Shown here: positions 28,960 through 39,167 of the stretch, piece by piece
Numbering within the stretch: the stretch's first letter is position 1
How the letters are laid out: each line of letters starts with the position of its first letter
Source of the DNA: Spirochaetaceae bacterium
Lineage (GTDB): Bacteria > Spirochaetota > Spirochaetia > DSM-2461
Reading direction: 5' to 3'
Assembly: GCA_051531975.1 (NCBI GenBank)
Contig: JAOPTT010000005.1
Location: forward strand, 256,001-320,000
DNA: 64,000 bases
The notes under the pieces: generated by a model
Database searches by the model: none
What the model was told of the DNA's origin: nothing
Seen by the model: only the letters and a program-made list of their open reading frames with translations
Made by a program: the position numbers and the translations under genes

Positions 28960-31356
28960 ATGAGTAAACAATTAAAGGTGTGTGTATTTGCTCCAGAAAT
29001 TCATGACACAATTTCTGGTGAGATAATTTCAGGCATATTAAATAGGTCAGTTACACTTTCAGTCGAGATAACTATCGTATCTGCAGGTAAGGCTGTAAAT
29101 CAAAAGGAAGATTTTAATAAAAGTAAACTTTATAAAGATGTTATAAAAAATTCTAACTTTGATGGAATTATAATTTTAACAGGAGCTTTTACTAGTGGTG
29201 AAATAACAAGTAAGGAGTTAGAGTCATTTCTTACATTTATACCTAAATCCCTTCCAGTTGTTTCCCTCTCGGTGAAACTAAATGGTTTTGTCTCCATCTT
29301 ATCTGATAATACCACTCCAATATTTAACATTGTTAATCATTTAATTAATGTTCATGATAAAAAAACTATTATGTTTATTAAAGGCCCTGAAGGTCAACCT
29401 GAAGCTGAAGATCGGTTTAAAGGTTATTGTTCCGCATTAAAAGAACATGACATTGAGATAGATGAACAATATATATTCAGAGGTGATTTTACTCCCCATA
29501 AAGGTGCTAATGCAGTTAAAGATCTATTAGAAATGGGTATAGCAATTCCTGAGGCTATAGTATGTGCCGACGACGATACTGCACTTGGTGTTTATGCCGA
29601 ACTTAAAAGAAATAAAATTGATTTTAGTAATGGTGGAATTGCTATTACAGGTTTTGATAATATGGGTTATACAAGGACTATGGACCCACGGTTAACAACT
29701 GTGGCACAATCTTTTACGACCCAGGGTATTATCGGGTTAAACACTCTAATTTCAGTTATTGGTGAAACAGAATTAAAAGATACATTTTATCAACCAAAAG
29801 TTTTATATAGAGAGAGTTGTGGTTGTACTCCACTGTTTCATACTGAAGAAAAGTATACTGACCTTAGTAACAAAGAGATAATATCAAGTCGTTTTGATGA
29901 TGTTAATATTGATGGGTTTGAGGATCATATAGATAGTATTGATCAGAATATAAATCAGTTTGTAATAGATGATACCCATAATTTTATACCAATTATTGAA
30001 GAGTATATTCGAATGTATAGATATAAAGGGTATAATCTAAAGATTTTATTAGAAGTTATACATCAGATATCAGGACGAGTAATACTAAAATTAGATAGAG
30101 ATCAGCTAATATATTATCTAAATCAGGTAGAACAAGTCACCGAGTTAATTGTTGAAGCCATAAATAATGAAAAATCTAGGGAGTTTAGGAATTTTAGTGA
30201 ACAGAGTTCGGAACTAGACTCAATATTAATGAATTTAGCAACTTGTATGTCCTATTCTGAGCTTAAAAGTAAATTAGATGGTAATTTTTTCTATTTAGGT
30301 ATTAAATCAATAAGTCTTAATTTTAATGGAAATATTTCTAGGGGTTTAGAAGTATTAGATGGAGTGGTTTTTGAAAAAGATGATTCATTAAATAGATCAA
30401 AAAAACAGTATTGTTCACTTTATCTACCGATATCATCTAAAAGTCACACTGGATACTGTAATCTAAGAATATTATTAAATAGCTTTCATATTGGTGAAGT
30501 TCTATCTTTTCAGATCTCTAGGGCTCTATATTTAATTGATCTATTTAATAGCTTAAATGATAAGATTCATGAAGTTGAATCTTCATATTCTGACTTAAGA
30601 AGTGCAAAAGATATGTTAACCCAGAGTGAACAGCTGGCAACATTAGGTGGTCTTGTTGCAGGTTTTACCCATGAAATTAGTACTCCTATAGGTGTAGGTG
30701 TAACAGCAACTTCTTATGCATCAGAGGAATTTAAATCTCTTAAGAAAGCATTTGTTAGTAACAAACTAAAAAAGTCAGATATGGGTGATTTTATAGAAAA
30801 TACAGAAAAAACATTAGATATAATAATGACTAATTTAAAAAGAACTTCAGCCTTAATTAATGGTTTTAAACAGATAGCAGTTGATCAAGCAAGTGAGGTT
30901 AAAAGAGAGTTTGAATTAAGTAGTTATATAAACGATGTTTTTAGCTCTTTATCACCTATGTTACATAAAGAGCGCTATAATATTATTGTGGATGTTCCAG
31001 GTGATATTGTTGTAAATAGCTATCCTGGAGCAGTCAGCCAGATAATTACAAATTTAGTACAAAATAGTATTAGACACGGTTTTGAAAACCAAGATACTGG
31101 GGAGATTCATCTTTTAGTAAAAAAAACTAAAAAGAACTTACTTGTAACTTATAGTGATACAGGTTGTGGTATTAATAAAGAGAACTTATCTAAAGTATTT
31201 GAGTCCTATTATTCTACTAAAATTGGTAAAGGGGGTAGTGGATTAGGTCTCTCTATTGTAAAACAGTTAGTAGAGGAAAAATTAGGTGGAACTATAGCTT
31301 GTGAAAGTATTGTAGGAAAGGGTACTAAGTTTATTTTAACTATAGCCTATCCATAA
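28960..31356 (+). CDS. Cytoplasmic histidine kinase with N-terminal LacI-type sugar-binding domain
   Basis: HLINVHDKKTIMFIKGP, AIVCADDDTALG, ITGFDN, LTTVAQ, RESCGC; H-box FTHEISTPIG; GSGLG; no TM segment. Confidence 0.88.
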   Translation: MSKQLKVCVFAPEIHDTISGEIISGILNRSVTLSVEITIVSAGKAVNQKEDFNKSKLYKDVIKNSNFDGIIILTGAFTSGEITSKELESFLTFIPKSLPVVSLSVKLNGFVSILSDNTTPIFNIVNHLINVHDKKTIMFIKGPEGQPEAEDRFKGYCSALKEHDIEIDEQYIFRGDFTPHKGANAVKDLLEMGIAIPEAIVCADDDTALGVYAELKRNKIDFSNGGIAITGFDNMGYTRTMDPRLTTVAQSFTTQGIIGLNTLISVIGETELKDTFYQPKVLYRESCGCTPLFHTEEKYTDLSNKEIISSRFDDVNIDGFEDHIDSIDQNINQFVIDDTHNFIPIIEEYIRMYRYKGYNLKILLEVIHQISGRVILKLDRDQLIYYLNQVEQVTELIVEAINNEKSREFRNFSEQSSELDSILMNLATCMSYSELKSKLDGNFFYLGIKSISLNFNGNISRGLEVLDGVVFEKDDSLNRSKKQYCSLYLPISSKSHTGYCNLRILLNSFHIGEVLSFQISRALYLIDLFNSLNDKIHEVESSYSDLRSAKDMLTQSEQLATLGGLVAGFTHEISTPIGVGVTATSYASEEFKSLKKAFVSNKLKKSDMGDFIENTEKTLDIIMTNLKRTSALINGFKQIAVDQASEVKREFELSSYINDVFSSLSPMLHKERYNIIVDVPGDIVVNSYPGAVSQIITNLVQNSIRHGFENQDTGEIHLLVKKTKKNLLVTYSDTGCGINKENLSKVFESYYSTKIGKGGSGLGLSIVKQLVEEKLGGTIACESIVGKGTKFILTIAYP

Positions 31357-31747
31357 CCCCAAGCAGAGTTTTCCAAGGAAGTATTGCACAGCTTTTTCTT
31401 GCAGGGAAATCTCTTAATTCTGTAAATACTTCTAAAACCTGTTCTGCATTATCAAATATATAGGCCTCACCATCTAACATTGATAAGAAATTTTTAATAA
31501 TATCTCTTGGTTTATCTTTTTGGATAATAGTACTGCACATGATATCTGCAGAAGCCATACTAATTGCACATCCATTTCCTGTAAAACTAATATTGTCTAT
31601 TATACCGTCTGTTATATCTGTAAAAATGGTTATATTATCTCCACATGAGGGATTCACTCCATCCATAATGTTTGAAGCCTCTGGATTTTCAAATTTATGT
31701 ATAGGATTTCTGTAGTGTTTCATTAATGTCTCTTTATATAAACTCAT
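31340..31747 (-). CDS. sufU: SufU/IscU-type Fe-S scaffold / sulfur-transfer protein
   Basis: NPSCGD, GCAISMAS, PARKSCAILPW. Confidence 0.9.
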   Translation of the reverse strand: MSLYKETLMKHYRNPIHKFENPEASNIMDGVNPSCGDNITIFTDITDGIIDNISFTGNGCAISMASADIMCSTIIQKDKPRDIIKNFLSMLDGEAYIFDNAEQVLEVFTELRDFPARKSCAILPWKTLLGVMDRL

Positions 31748-32937
31748 AGAAAAAACTCCTTAATCTCTTTAATTGTATTAATTAGAATATCAATTTCAGA
31801 TTTGTTATTATATATACCTAAAGATACTCTTATAACTCCTGATTCTGACAAATTTGTGAAAAAAGGTGATGCACATAAATTACCAGTTCTAAGAAGTATA
31901 TTATTATTATCAAAAAACTCAGATGCATCGTGGGGGTGTATCCCTTCAATATTAAAACTAATAATTGCTCCTGGTACAGAGTAGATTATAATACCAGTCT
32001 CTTTCTTTAATTCACTTATTAGATACCTTCCAAGTTCTAGGGTGTAATTATGACTCTCAAATATTGGATATTTTTCTAGAAAGTCTAATACTGAGTTAAA
32101 TGCATAAATAGCTGCAGGGTTTTGTGTACCTGATTCTAATCTTGTAGGAATATCTTTATATTTAACATCTGTTTTATTTGTTATATATGAGACCATATTC
32201 CCCCCATATTTTGTTGGAGTAAATTGATCTAAAAGTTCTTTTTTACCATATAATATACCTAAGCCAAATGTCCCATAAATTTTATGAGTTGAAAAGACTA
32301 GGAAATCAATATCTAAGCTTGTAACATTTATAGACCTATGATTAATTAGTTGGGCTGCATCTACTAAAATTTTACTGCCTTTTTCATGGCATTTCTCTAT
32401 GATCATCTCTAGGTCGATCTCTTGTCCTGTTAAATTAGACATCCCTGTAATTGATGTAATTATTGTATTTTCATCTACAAGATTTAAAATATCTTTTGGA
32501 TCTAGTTTATAATCCTGAAGTGGTGCTATCCTACACTCGATATTTTTGTTTTTTGCCAGTTCTATCCATGGTACATAATTTGAATGATGTTCTAACCCTG
32601 TTATTACAATGTTAGATTTTTTATTTAAATTATTAGAGATATAACTATTTACTACCATATTAATACTATCTGTAGTATTTGAAGTAAATATAATCTGATC
32701 TTGATCTGTCGAACCTATAAACTCAGAAATACGGTACCGGATATTTTCCGTAATACTTGTTGTCTTATATGTATGTAAACTAGTACCTCGACCTGTATTT
32801 ATACCCAAATCTGTATAATATCTAGTCTGAGCATCTAGAACAGTTTGTGGTTTTAAACTAGTAGCTGCAGAGTCAAAATATATAAGATCTTTTTGTAAAA
32901 ATGGAAATAATAATTTTATATTTTTATTGTCTAACAT
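31744..32937 (-). CDS. sufS: SufS-type (class II) cysteine desulfurase
   Basis: YFDSAATSLKP, LEHHSN, VDAAQ, FSTHKIYG, ESGTQN, HPHD, RTGNLCA. Confidence 0.85.
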   Translation of the reverse strand: MLDNKNIKLLFPFLQKDLIYFDSAATSLKPQTVLDAQTRYYTDLGINTGRGTSLHTYKTTSITENIRYRISEFIGSTDQDQIIFTSNTTDSINMVVNSYISNNLNKKSNIVITGLEHHSNYVPWIELAKNKNIECRIAPLQDYKLDPKDILNLVDENTIITSITGMSNLTGQEIDLEMIIEKCHEKGSKILVDAAQLINHRSINVTSLDIDFLVFSTHKIYGTFGLGILYGKKELLDQFTPTKYGGNMVSYITNKTDVKYKDIPTRLESGTQNPAAIYAFNSVLDFLEKYPIFESHNYTLELGRYLISELKKETGIIIYSVPGAIISFNIEGIHPHDASEFFDNNNILLRTGNLCASPFFTNLSESGVIRVSLGIYNNKSEIDILINTIKEIKEFFL

Positions 32938-33027
32938 TGTATAAATATATCCTTTTAAATAATAAAATGGAATAAGTAGTAGTTTCGCTATATAGAGTGT
33001 ACTATGTTTATTAACAAGGAGATATAT

Positions 33028-34071
33028 ATGCCTACATATTTACTAAAATCGATAAGAAATTTACTTCTGTTTTTAACAGTTATTGTTGTTCTATATGCGA
33101 TGAAAAGTTTAGGAAAAATAATGCTTCCTTTGGTTGTAGCTATTATGTTTATTTTACTCTATGAACCTATATATACAAAAATGCATAAAAATAAAATTCC
33201 TCTGTTATTAATTACTCCTATATTAGCTGTGAGTACAATAGTAATTCTTGTTTTTGTAATAAATATCTTTGTTGATGCTGCCCAGACAATCTTTGCTGAT
33301 AGGGAGGTTTTAGGTGAACTACTATACGACAAAATATTGTCGATATTAACATATTTTAATTCCGTAGTTCCATTTGATCTAGATGAAGACTTATTAGAAT
33401 CCTGGATTGAAAGGCTAGTATCTAGTAGCTCTATATCATCTTTTGCAGGTAGTAGTTTTTCAGCATTAAGTTCTTTTAGTTCCTCATTTTTTATGTTTAC
33501 TCTTTATTTTTTAATACTTTTATTTAGTATGCCTGGTTACAATAAATATATTAAATATATTGCAGGTAGTGATAAAAGGTTTTTATTAACATCAAAACAT
33601 ATTCAGAAATCAATAGGTTCTTATATGACAGTAAAATTTATTGTTAGTTTAATAACTGGTCTAATTGCATTGTCAGCCTGTAGTATCTTTGGTGTAAAAT
33701 ATGCAGTTTTCTGGGGATTTATGACATTTCTTCTTAACTTCATACCAACAATTGGATCTATAATTGCAACAACACTTCCTGCCTTAATGGCAATAGTTCA
33801 ATTTGATTCTCCATTTAGAATCATTCTTTTTATCTTAATCCTCTTTGGAGTACAAATATCTATAGGTCAAGTTATTGAACCTAGGATAATGGGGAACAGA
33901 CTAAGTTTAAATACTGTAACAATTATATTTGGTCTTGTTTTTTGGTCGTTTATTTGGGGAATACCAGGAGCATTTTTATCTGTACCACTATTGGTGATTT
34001 TAAAAATATTTTTACAGAATAATGAATCTTTTGTATTTATGAGCCGAATTATGGGGCAGCCAGAAAAGTAA
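33028..34071 (+). CDS. AI-2E family transporter
   Basis: FLLNFIPTIGS, EPRIMGNRLSL, WGIPGAFLSVPL; AAGGAG SD before ATG 33028. Confidence 0.88.
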   Translation: MPTYLLKSIRNLLLFLTVIVVLYAMKSLGKIMLPLVVAIMFILLYEPIYTKMHKNKIPLLLITPILAVSTIVILVFVINIFVDAAQTIFADREVLGELLYDKILSILTYFNSVVPFDLDEDLLESWIERLVSSSSISSFAGSSFSALSSFSSSFFMFTLYFLILLFSMPGYNKYIKYIAGSDKRFLLTSKHIQKSIGSYMTVKFIVSLITGLIALSACSIFGVKYAVFWGFMTFLLNFIPTIGSIIATTLPALMAIVQFDSPFRIILFILILFGVQISIGQVIEPRIMGNRLSLNTVTIIFGLVFWSFIWGIPGAFLSVPLLVILKIFLQNNESFVFMSRIMGQPEK

Positions 34072-34079
34072 CATATATA

Positions 34080-34109
34080 AGATCCCATTAAATATATTTA
34101 ATGGGATCT
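34080..34109. terminator. Perfect 30-bp palindrome between convergent genes
   Basis: AGATCCCATTAAATA|TATTTAATGGGATCT. Confidence 0.65.
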
Positions 34110-34116
34110 AAAATTA

Positions 34117-36048
34117 CTAAACTGTTAATGCTAATTCATATGCAGTATTAATGCCTTCTATAGCCTTTCCAACTTCCATTGCATCACCAATTATTGAGGT
34201 TTTGTATCTATCTTTAATACTATTTCCCAATATATCATTTGGCTTCGATCCTGTTGCTAAAACAACCTGATCAGCATTTATAGAAATTACACCTTCTGGA
34301 GTTTCTACACTAATTGTATTGGTATTAATTTCTAATACCTTTGCACTAGTAATTATTTCAACACCATTATCTTTTAATGATTCTAGTAGGAACTGCTTTG
34401 CACCACCTTCCATATCAATTGCAATTTCAGGTAACATTTCAACTATTGTAACTTTTTGGTTTAAAACAGCTATATGTTGAGCTGTTTCTACTCCAACTAA
34501 ACCACCACCAATCATAACAATGTTTCCAGCTAAGTCTACTTCACCTTTTAATACCTGTTCTGCACTAAATACATTTGCATTTTTAATTCCTGGAATAGGT
34601 GGGAATGTTGCTTCTGAACCTGTTGCTGTAATTATATGATCCGGATTTATTGAATTTATTAACTCTTCAGAAACCTCTGTATTTAGAACTATTTTAGCCC
34701 CAGATTTCTCTAGTTCATTTTTTTGCCATACAGTAAGAGTATTTAATAACTCTTTTCCTGGAGGAACTGCAGCTAATAGCCACTGTCCACCAAGTCTATC
34801 TGCTTTATCGTATAGAGTTACATCGTGACCTCTTTTAGCAGAAACTATTGCAGCTTGCATACCAACTGGTCCACCACCAACAACCATAACTTTCTTTTTA
34901 TCAGATGTTTCTTTAATTGCATAACTTTCTTCTTTACCTGTTAAAGGATTAACTAAACAAGAGATAGGTTTATTTTGTAATAAGTGGCTCCAACAACCCT
35001 GTCTACAACCAATACAGTGGAGAATTTCATCTGTTCTGCCTTCTTTAGTTTTATTAGGTAACTGAGGGTCAGCAATAGAAGCACGACCCATAGCTATAAA
35101 GTCTGCCTTCTTCTCTCTTAATAAGGATTCTGCAACTTCAGGATAGACAATTTTGTTTACAGTAATAACAGGAATATCTACAACTTTTTTGATCTCTTTA
35201 GAAAAATTTGAGAAGACAGCTGTATTAACAGAAGTTGTTGCACATAACATAGCATTACTTTTATATACACCACCAGAAGCATGAATTGCAGCAATACCTG
35301 CATCTTCAAGTTCTATTGCAATAACTTTAGTATCTTCTATAGAAAGGCCACCTTCTACCAACTCTTCTGCTGAAATTCTATAAGTGATTGGGTAGTCTAT
35401 TCCAACTAACTCTTTTGCTCTAGCTATTATTTCTAGCGGGAATCGCATTCTATTGTTAAAGTTTCCACCATATTTGTCAGTTCTTTTATTTGTAAAAGGT
35501 GAAACAAACTGATTAATAAGGTATCCATGAGCACCGTGAATTTCAACCGCATCGTAACCAGCATCTTTTCCACGTCTAATAGCCTGTGCAAATTTTTCTA
35601 CAAGGTCTTCTACTTCAGATGTAGTTAACTCTCTTGGAGTCTCAGGTAGAATAGGGTCTTGTATTGGAGATGGGGCAACAGGTCTTTCTCCAATTATAGA
35701 ACTATGAGACTGCCTACCTGCATGGTAAACTTGTAGTGCTAATTTTGCACCAGCAGCATGAACTCTTTCTACTAATTCTTTGTGTTCAACCATCATGTCA
35801 TCTGACCAGACAGCTGGTATACATTTAAATCCAGATCCAAGTTTATCAACTACATTATCCTCACAAATAATTAATCCCCAACCACCTTTGGCTTTCTCTT
35901 CATAATACCGAATGTATCGTTCTGTCAGTCTACCATCTTCAGCAGCGAACTCTGTTAACATTGCAGGTACAATCAATCTATTTTTGATTTCTAAAGTACC
36001 AATTTTTCCTGGTTTAAAAATTTCTTTAAACAACTTAAATCTCCTCAT
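34117..36048 (-). CDS. NADH:flavin oxidoreductase (old yellow enzyme TIM barrel + 4Fe-4S + FAD/NAD domains; 2,4-dienoyl-CoA reductase/BaiCD-like architecture)
   Basis: EIHGAHGYLI, NKRTDKYGG, CIGCRQGC...CLVNP, VVGGGPVG, IGGGLVG. Confidence 0.9.
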   Translation of the reverse strand: MRRFKLFKEIFKPGKIGTLEIKNRLIVPAMLTEFAAEDGRLTERYIRYYEEKAKGGWGLIICEDNVVDKLGSGFKCIPAVWSDDMMVEHKELVERVHAAGAKLALQVYHAGRQSHSSIIGERPVAPSPIQDPILPETPRELTTSEVEDLVEKFAQAIRRGKDAGYDAVEIHGAHGYLINQFVSPFTNKRTDKYGGNFNNRMRFPLEIIARAKELVGIDYPITYRISAEELVEGGLSIEDTKVIAIELEDAGIAAIHASGGVYKSNAMLCATTSVNTAVFSNFSKEIKKVVDIPVITVNKIVYPEVAESLLREKKADFIAMGRASIADPQLPNKTKEGRTDEILHCIGCRQGCWSHLLQNKPISCLVNPLTGKEESYAIKETSDKKKVMVVGGGPVGMQAAIVSAKRGHDVTLYDKADRLGGQWLLAAVPPGKELLNTLTVWQKNELEKSGAKIVLNTEVSEELINSINPDHIITATGSEATFPPIPGIKNANVFSAEQVLKGEVDLAGNIVMIGGGLVGVETAQHIAVLNQKVTIVEMLPEIAIDMEGGAKQFLLESLKDNGVEIITSAKVLEINTNTISVETPEGVISINADQVVLATGSKPNDILGNSIKDRYKTSIIGDAMEVGKAIEGINTAYELALTV

Positions 36049-36059
36049 GATTTTATATC

Positions 36060-37400
36060 TTAACGGTTTACCACTCGAACTTGAGCAAACTGTCTATGCC
36101 CTTCTGGTGAACCGTGGAATCCAAATCCACTCTGTTTTGCCCCAACCCAAGGTGCATCTCCTGAACCTCCAACACCCTGATTGATACCGATCATTCCAGC
36201 TTCTAACTCATCTGCGACCCTGTTGGCATCCTTTTTTCCAAAAACCACAGCTCCCAGACCATAATTAGAGTTATTTGCTCTTTTAATAACATCCTCAATA
36301 GAGCTGAATCTACTTATGGCAATTACTGGTCCAAATGTTTCGAATTCTTCCATTAACATTTCTGAAGTCATACCTGTTAATACCACTGGCTTTATATAAG
36401 GTGGCGTCTGTTCTGGGCTACCAAGTAAAAAGTTTGCACCTCTGTTTTTTGCATCTAATAGATGATCGACTATTTTATTAAACTGCTTCTTATTGATTAT
36501 TGGACCTATATTTACCCCTGGTTTATCCCAGGGACCTACACTGTACTGTCCAGCTAATTGTGTAACCATTTTCTCAAACTTATCTGCAATATTTTCATGA
36601 ACATAAATTCGTTCTGTTGCTATACACATCTGTCCAGCATTTTCAAAACTGCTACCTGCTGCAAATCTTACAGCCCCTTCTATATCTGCATCTTCTAAGA
36701 CAATCATTGGATCGTTTCCACCTAACTCCATAACTAGACGTTTAAGTCCACTAGAAGCAGTTTTCATTATCTGTTTTCCAACAGCCATAGAACCTGTAAA
36801 TGCTATTAAATTCAGGTTTGATTCAACCAATGCTTGACCCTGTTCTCCATCCCCATAAATTATCTGAAGAAGGTTTTTAGGCAGGTGTTCATTTAAATAT
36901 TCAACATATTTTTTTGCAATTAATGGAGTCTCTTCCGATGGTTTAAAAACAACAGCATTTCCAGCAATTAAACTAGGAACTATTAAGTTATTTGCCATAG
37001 ATAGTGGATAGTTCCAAGGAGATATTACTCCAACAACACCTAGAGGTTTATACTCAATAAATGAACCACTACCTAAACTAGTTGTTTGTAGTGCTTCTTT
37101 TGCTGAACTTGCTATCCAACTACCACCAAATATCGTCCCTCCAACTTCTCCTGAGGAACGCCTAATATCTTTACCCATCTCTCTACTTAAGAGCTGAGAT
37201 AACTCTTGTTGATATGGTTCTAAAGAGTTAAAAGCCTTAGAAATAATATTACATCTCTCATCAATGTTTTTTTCTCTCCACTTCTTACTGGCTATATGGG
37301 CGTCATCTACTATCTCTGTTATCTGTGGTATAGAAGTCGCTACCACTGAATCAACTATTTCCCCTGTTGCTGGGTTATATGAATTAAATTGTCCTTCCAT
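36060..37400 (-). CDS. NAD(P)-dependent aldehyde dehydrogenase
   Basis: ISPWNYP, KPSEETP, FTGS, ELGGND, GQMC, EEFETFGP. Confidence 0.94.
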   Translation of the reverse strand: MEGQFNSYNPATGEIVDSVVATSIPQITEIVDDAHIASKKWREKNIDERCNIISKAFNSLEPYQQELSQLLSREMGKDIRRSSGEVGGTIFGGSWIASSAKEALQTTSLGSGSFIEYKPLGVVGVISPWNYPLSMANNLIVPSLIAGNAVVFKPSEETPLIAKKYVEYLNEHLPKNLLQIIYGDGEQGQALVESNLNLIAFTGSMAVGKQIMKTASSGLKRLVMELGGNDPMIVLEDADIEGAVRFAAGSSFENAGQMCIATERIYVHENIADKFEKMVTQLAGQYSVGPWDKPGVNIGPIINKKQFNKIVDHLLDAKNRGANFLLGSPEQTPPYIKPVVLTGMTSEMLMEEFETFGPVIAISRFSSIEDVIKRANNSNYGLGAVVFGKKDANRVADELEAGMIGINQGVGGSGDAPWVGAKQSGFGFHGSPEGHRQFAQVRVVNR

Positions 37401-37411
37401 CTCTTTTCTCC

Positions 37412-38506
37412 TTAAATGAATTGCTTAATTATTTCTTCAGTAAAAGTTTCAACATTTGATATGGTTATGTTGTAGTCACCTATAGATTTCTTAACAAGTT
37501 CTAGTTTGTAATTGTCTTTTAGATCATTTAAGTTGTTAAAAATACCTATTCGGCGACCAACCATAAAGTACATCCGCTCTACAGAGCTTAAGTTTAAAAA
37601 ATCTTCAATTGGGTTTATTATGTTTTGTCTTTCTTGGGGGAATTGACCTTCTGATTCTTGCAGCAAGTTAAGAATGTGGTCACTTTTTACACTGCTGGTA
37701 ATACCCTTTAAATTTGTGAGGAACAGGTGAATCTCTTTAACTTTATCTATATCTCCAAGTGGGATAAACTTTCCATTTGAAACATCCAAGGATAGTTCTA
37801 CATCTCCAGGGATACCAAGTGTTCTAATTCTAATAAAGTCAGGATTTATCTGGTTAATAATATCTGCTGTTTCTAATGCATTCTCTTTAGATAACTCTTT
37901 ACCACCTAAACCAGGCATAAAATATTCTGATAACTCAATGCCAGCTTGTTTTACTTTTATACCTGCAATAATTTGGGTCTCTTTATCAACACCTTTATTT
38001 ATAAATTCTAGTACCTTTGGACTTCCAGATTCCATACCGATATGAATTCTATTTAGGCCAGCAATTTTTAATCTCTTCATATCTGTATCAGAAATTTTTG
38101 AAACAGATTGTGCTCTTGCATAGGATGTTACTCTTTTTACTTTTGGAAAAATGACTCTGATATGTTCAAGAACTCTAACTAAAGTATCTGGTTTAATAAC
38201 CAATGTATTTGCATCTTGTAAAAAGACAGATTCCATTCCTGTTTGTAGCCATCTATTAACCATGGATAAGATTCCAGAGTCAACATTAGGTTTCTCTCCT
38301 AGTAATAATGAGTCAACTATCTGTTTAATTTTATTAATATCTTTAATTACATCTTCTTCTGACCTAATACTAAATTTTGTATCATTGTATAGACCACAAA
38401 ATTTACACTTATTCCAAGGACAGTTTCTTGTCACCCGAACCATTAAACTATTGGCTTCGCTTGGAGGGCGAATAGGTCCTATTTCAATTCCGTTGTATTG
38501 TTCCAT
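37412..38506 (-). CDS. Radical SAM protein of unknown function
   Basis: GPIRPPSEA, CPWNKCKFC cluster motif, FLQDAN, GMESGS, SDHILN. Confidence 0.88.
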   Translation of the reverse strand: MEQYNGIEIGPIRPPSEANSLMVRVTRNCPWNKCKFCGLYNDTKFSIRSEEDVIKDINKIKQIVDSLLLGEKPNVDSGILSMVNRWLQTGMESVFLQDANTLVIKPDTLVRVLEHIRVIFPKVKRVTSYARAQSVSKISDTDMKRLKIAGLNRIHIGMESGSPKVLEFINKGVDKETQIIAGIKVKQAGIELSEYFMPGLGGKELSKENALETADIINQINPDFIRIRTLGIPGDVELSLDVSNGKFIPLGDIDKVKEIHLFLTNLKGITSSVKSDHILNLLQESEGQFPQERQNIINPIEDFLNLSSVERMYFMVGRRIGIFNNLNDLKDNYKLELVKKSIGDYNITISNVETFTEEIIKQFI

Positions 38507-38525
38507 TATTAGTCCTTATTTACTA

Positions 38526-38539
38526 ACCTACTAGTAGGT
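38526..38539. promoter_or_regulatory. TetR operator 2 (upstream of the radical SAM gene)
   Basis: Perfect palindrome ACCTACTAGTAGGT. Confidence 0.75.
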
Positions 38540-38560
38540 AGGGTTCATGGTTAAAAAAAA

Positions 38561-39124
38561 TTATACTATCCAGGTTTTAATCATTTGAATTGCTGTTTTT
38601 GTAAATAATTCATCTCCGCCAAATGCTCTAGCTGATACCTGCGTCCCAATTAAAAATGAGTAGTATAGGTATGCTACATCTGTTGCATCCTGGTCAAATG
38701 TTAGAGATCCATCATCTTTTCCTTGTTTAAATGCCTTAGAAAATATGTGTACTGTGTTTTTTATAGTCTTTTCTAGTATCTCTTTTGAATTATCCTGTAA
38801 GGAGTTAAGATCGGCGCTAAATGTTCCAACTAGACATAGCTGCTGTTTTACAAGACCGTCTCTAAATATATCAGCGAGTTGTTGTAATTTTTCTGGTGCA
38901 CTGATATTACTCTCGACTATTGATCGATAGTTATTACCGTAGATTGTATCACATCTATTTAATAGCGCCTCTACTAGATCTTCTTTTTTAGGATAGTGGT
39001 GGTGAATACTAGCTTTTTGCATACCGATGGCTTCACTTATGTGTTTATAACTCATACCATTTAAGCCATATTGTCGAATTAAGTTTTCTGCGATATCCAA
39101 AATTTGTAATTTTGTGCTTGTCAT
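38561..39124 (-). CDS. TetR/AcrR family regulator (NemR/LmrA-like)
   Basis: HTH GMSYKHISEAIGMQKASIHHHYPKKEDL; LCLVG motif. Confidence 0.92.
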   Translation of the reverse strand: MTSTKLQILDIAENLIRQYGLNGMSYKHISEAIGMQKASIHHHYPKKEDLVEALLNRCDTIYGNNYRSIVESNISAPEKLQQLADIFRDGLVKQQLCLVGTFSADLNSLQDNSKEILEKTIKNTVHIFSKAFKQGKDDGSLTFDQDATDVAYLYYSFLIGTQVSARAFGGDELFTKTAIQMIKTWIV

Positions 39125-39130
39125 AAGCCT

Positions 39131-39159
39131 AATCTACCAACTAGTAGGTAGATTGTCAA
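39131..39159 (-). promoter_or_regulatory. Leaderless tetR promoter with embedded operator 1
   Basis: Minus strand TTGACA-17-TAGATT-6nt-ATG; AATCTACCAACTAGTAGGTAGATT 24-bp palindrome (1 mismatch) spans the spacer and -10. Confidence 0.8.
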
Positions 39160-39167
39160 TATTTATT

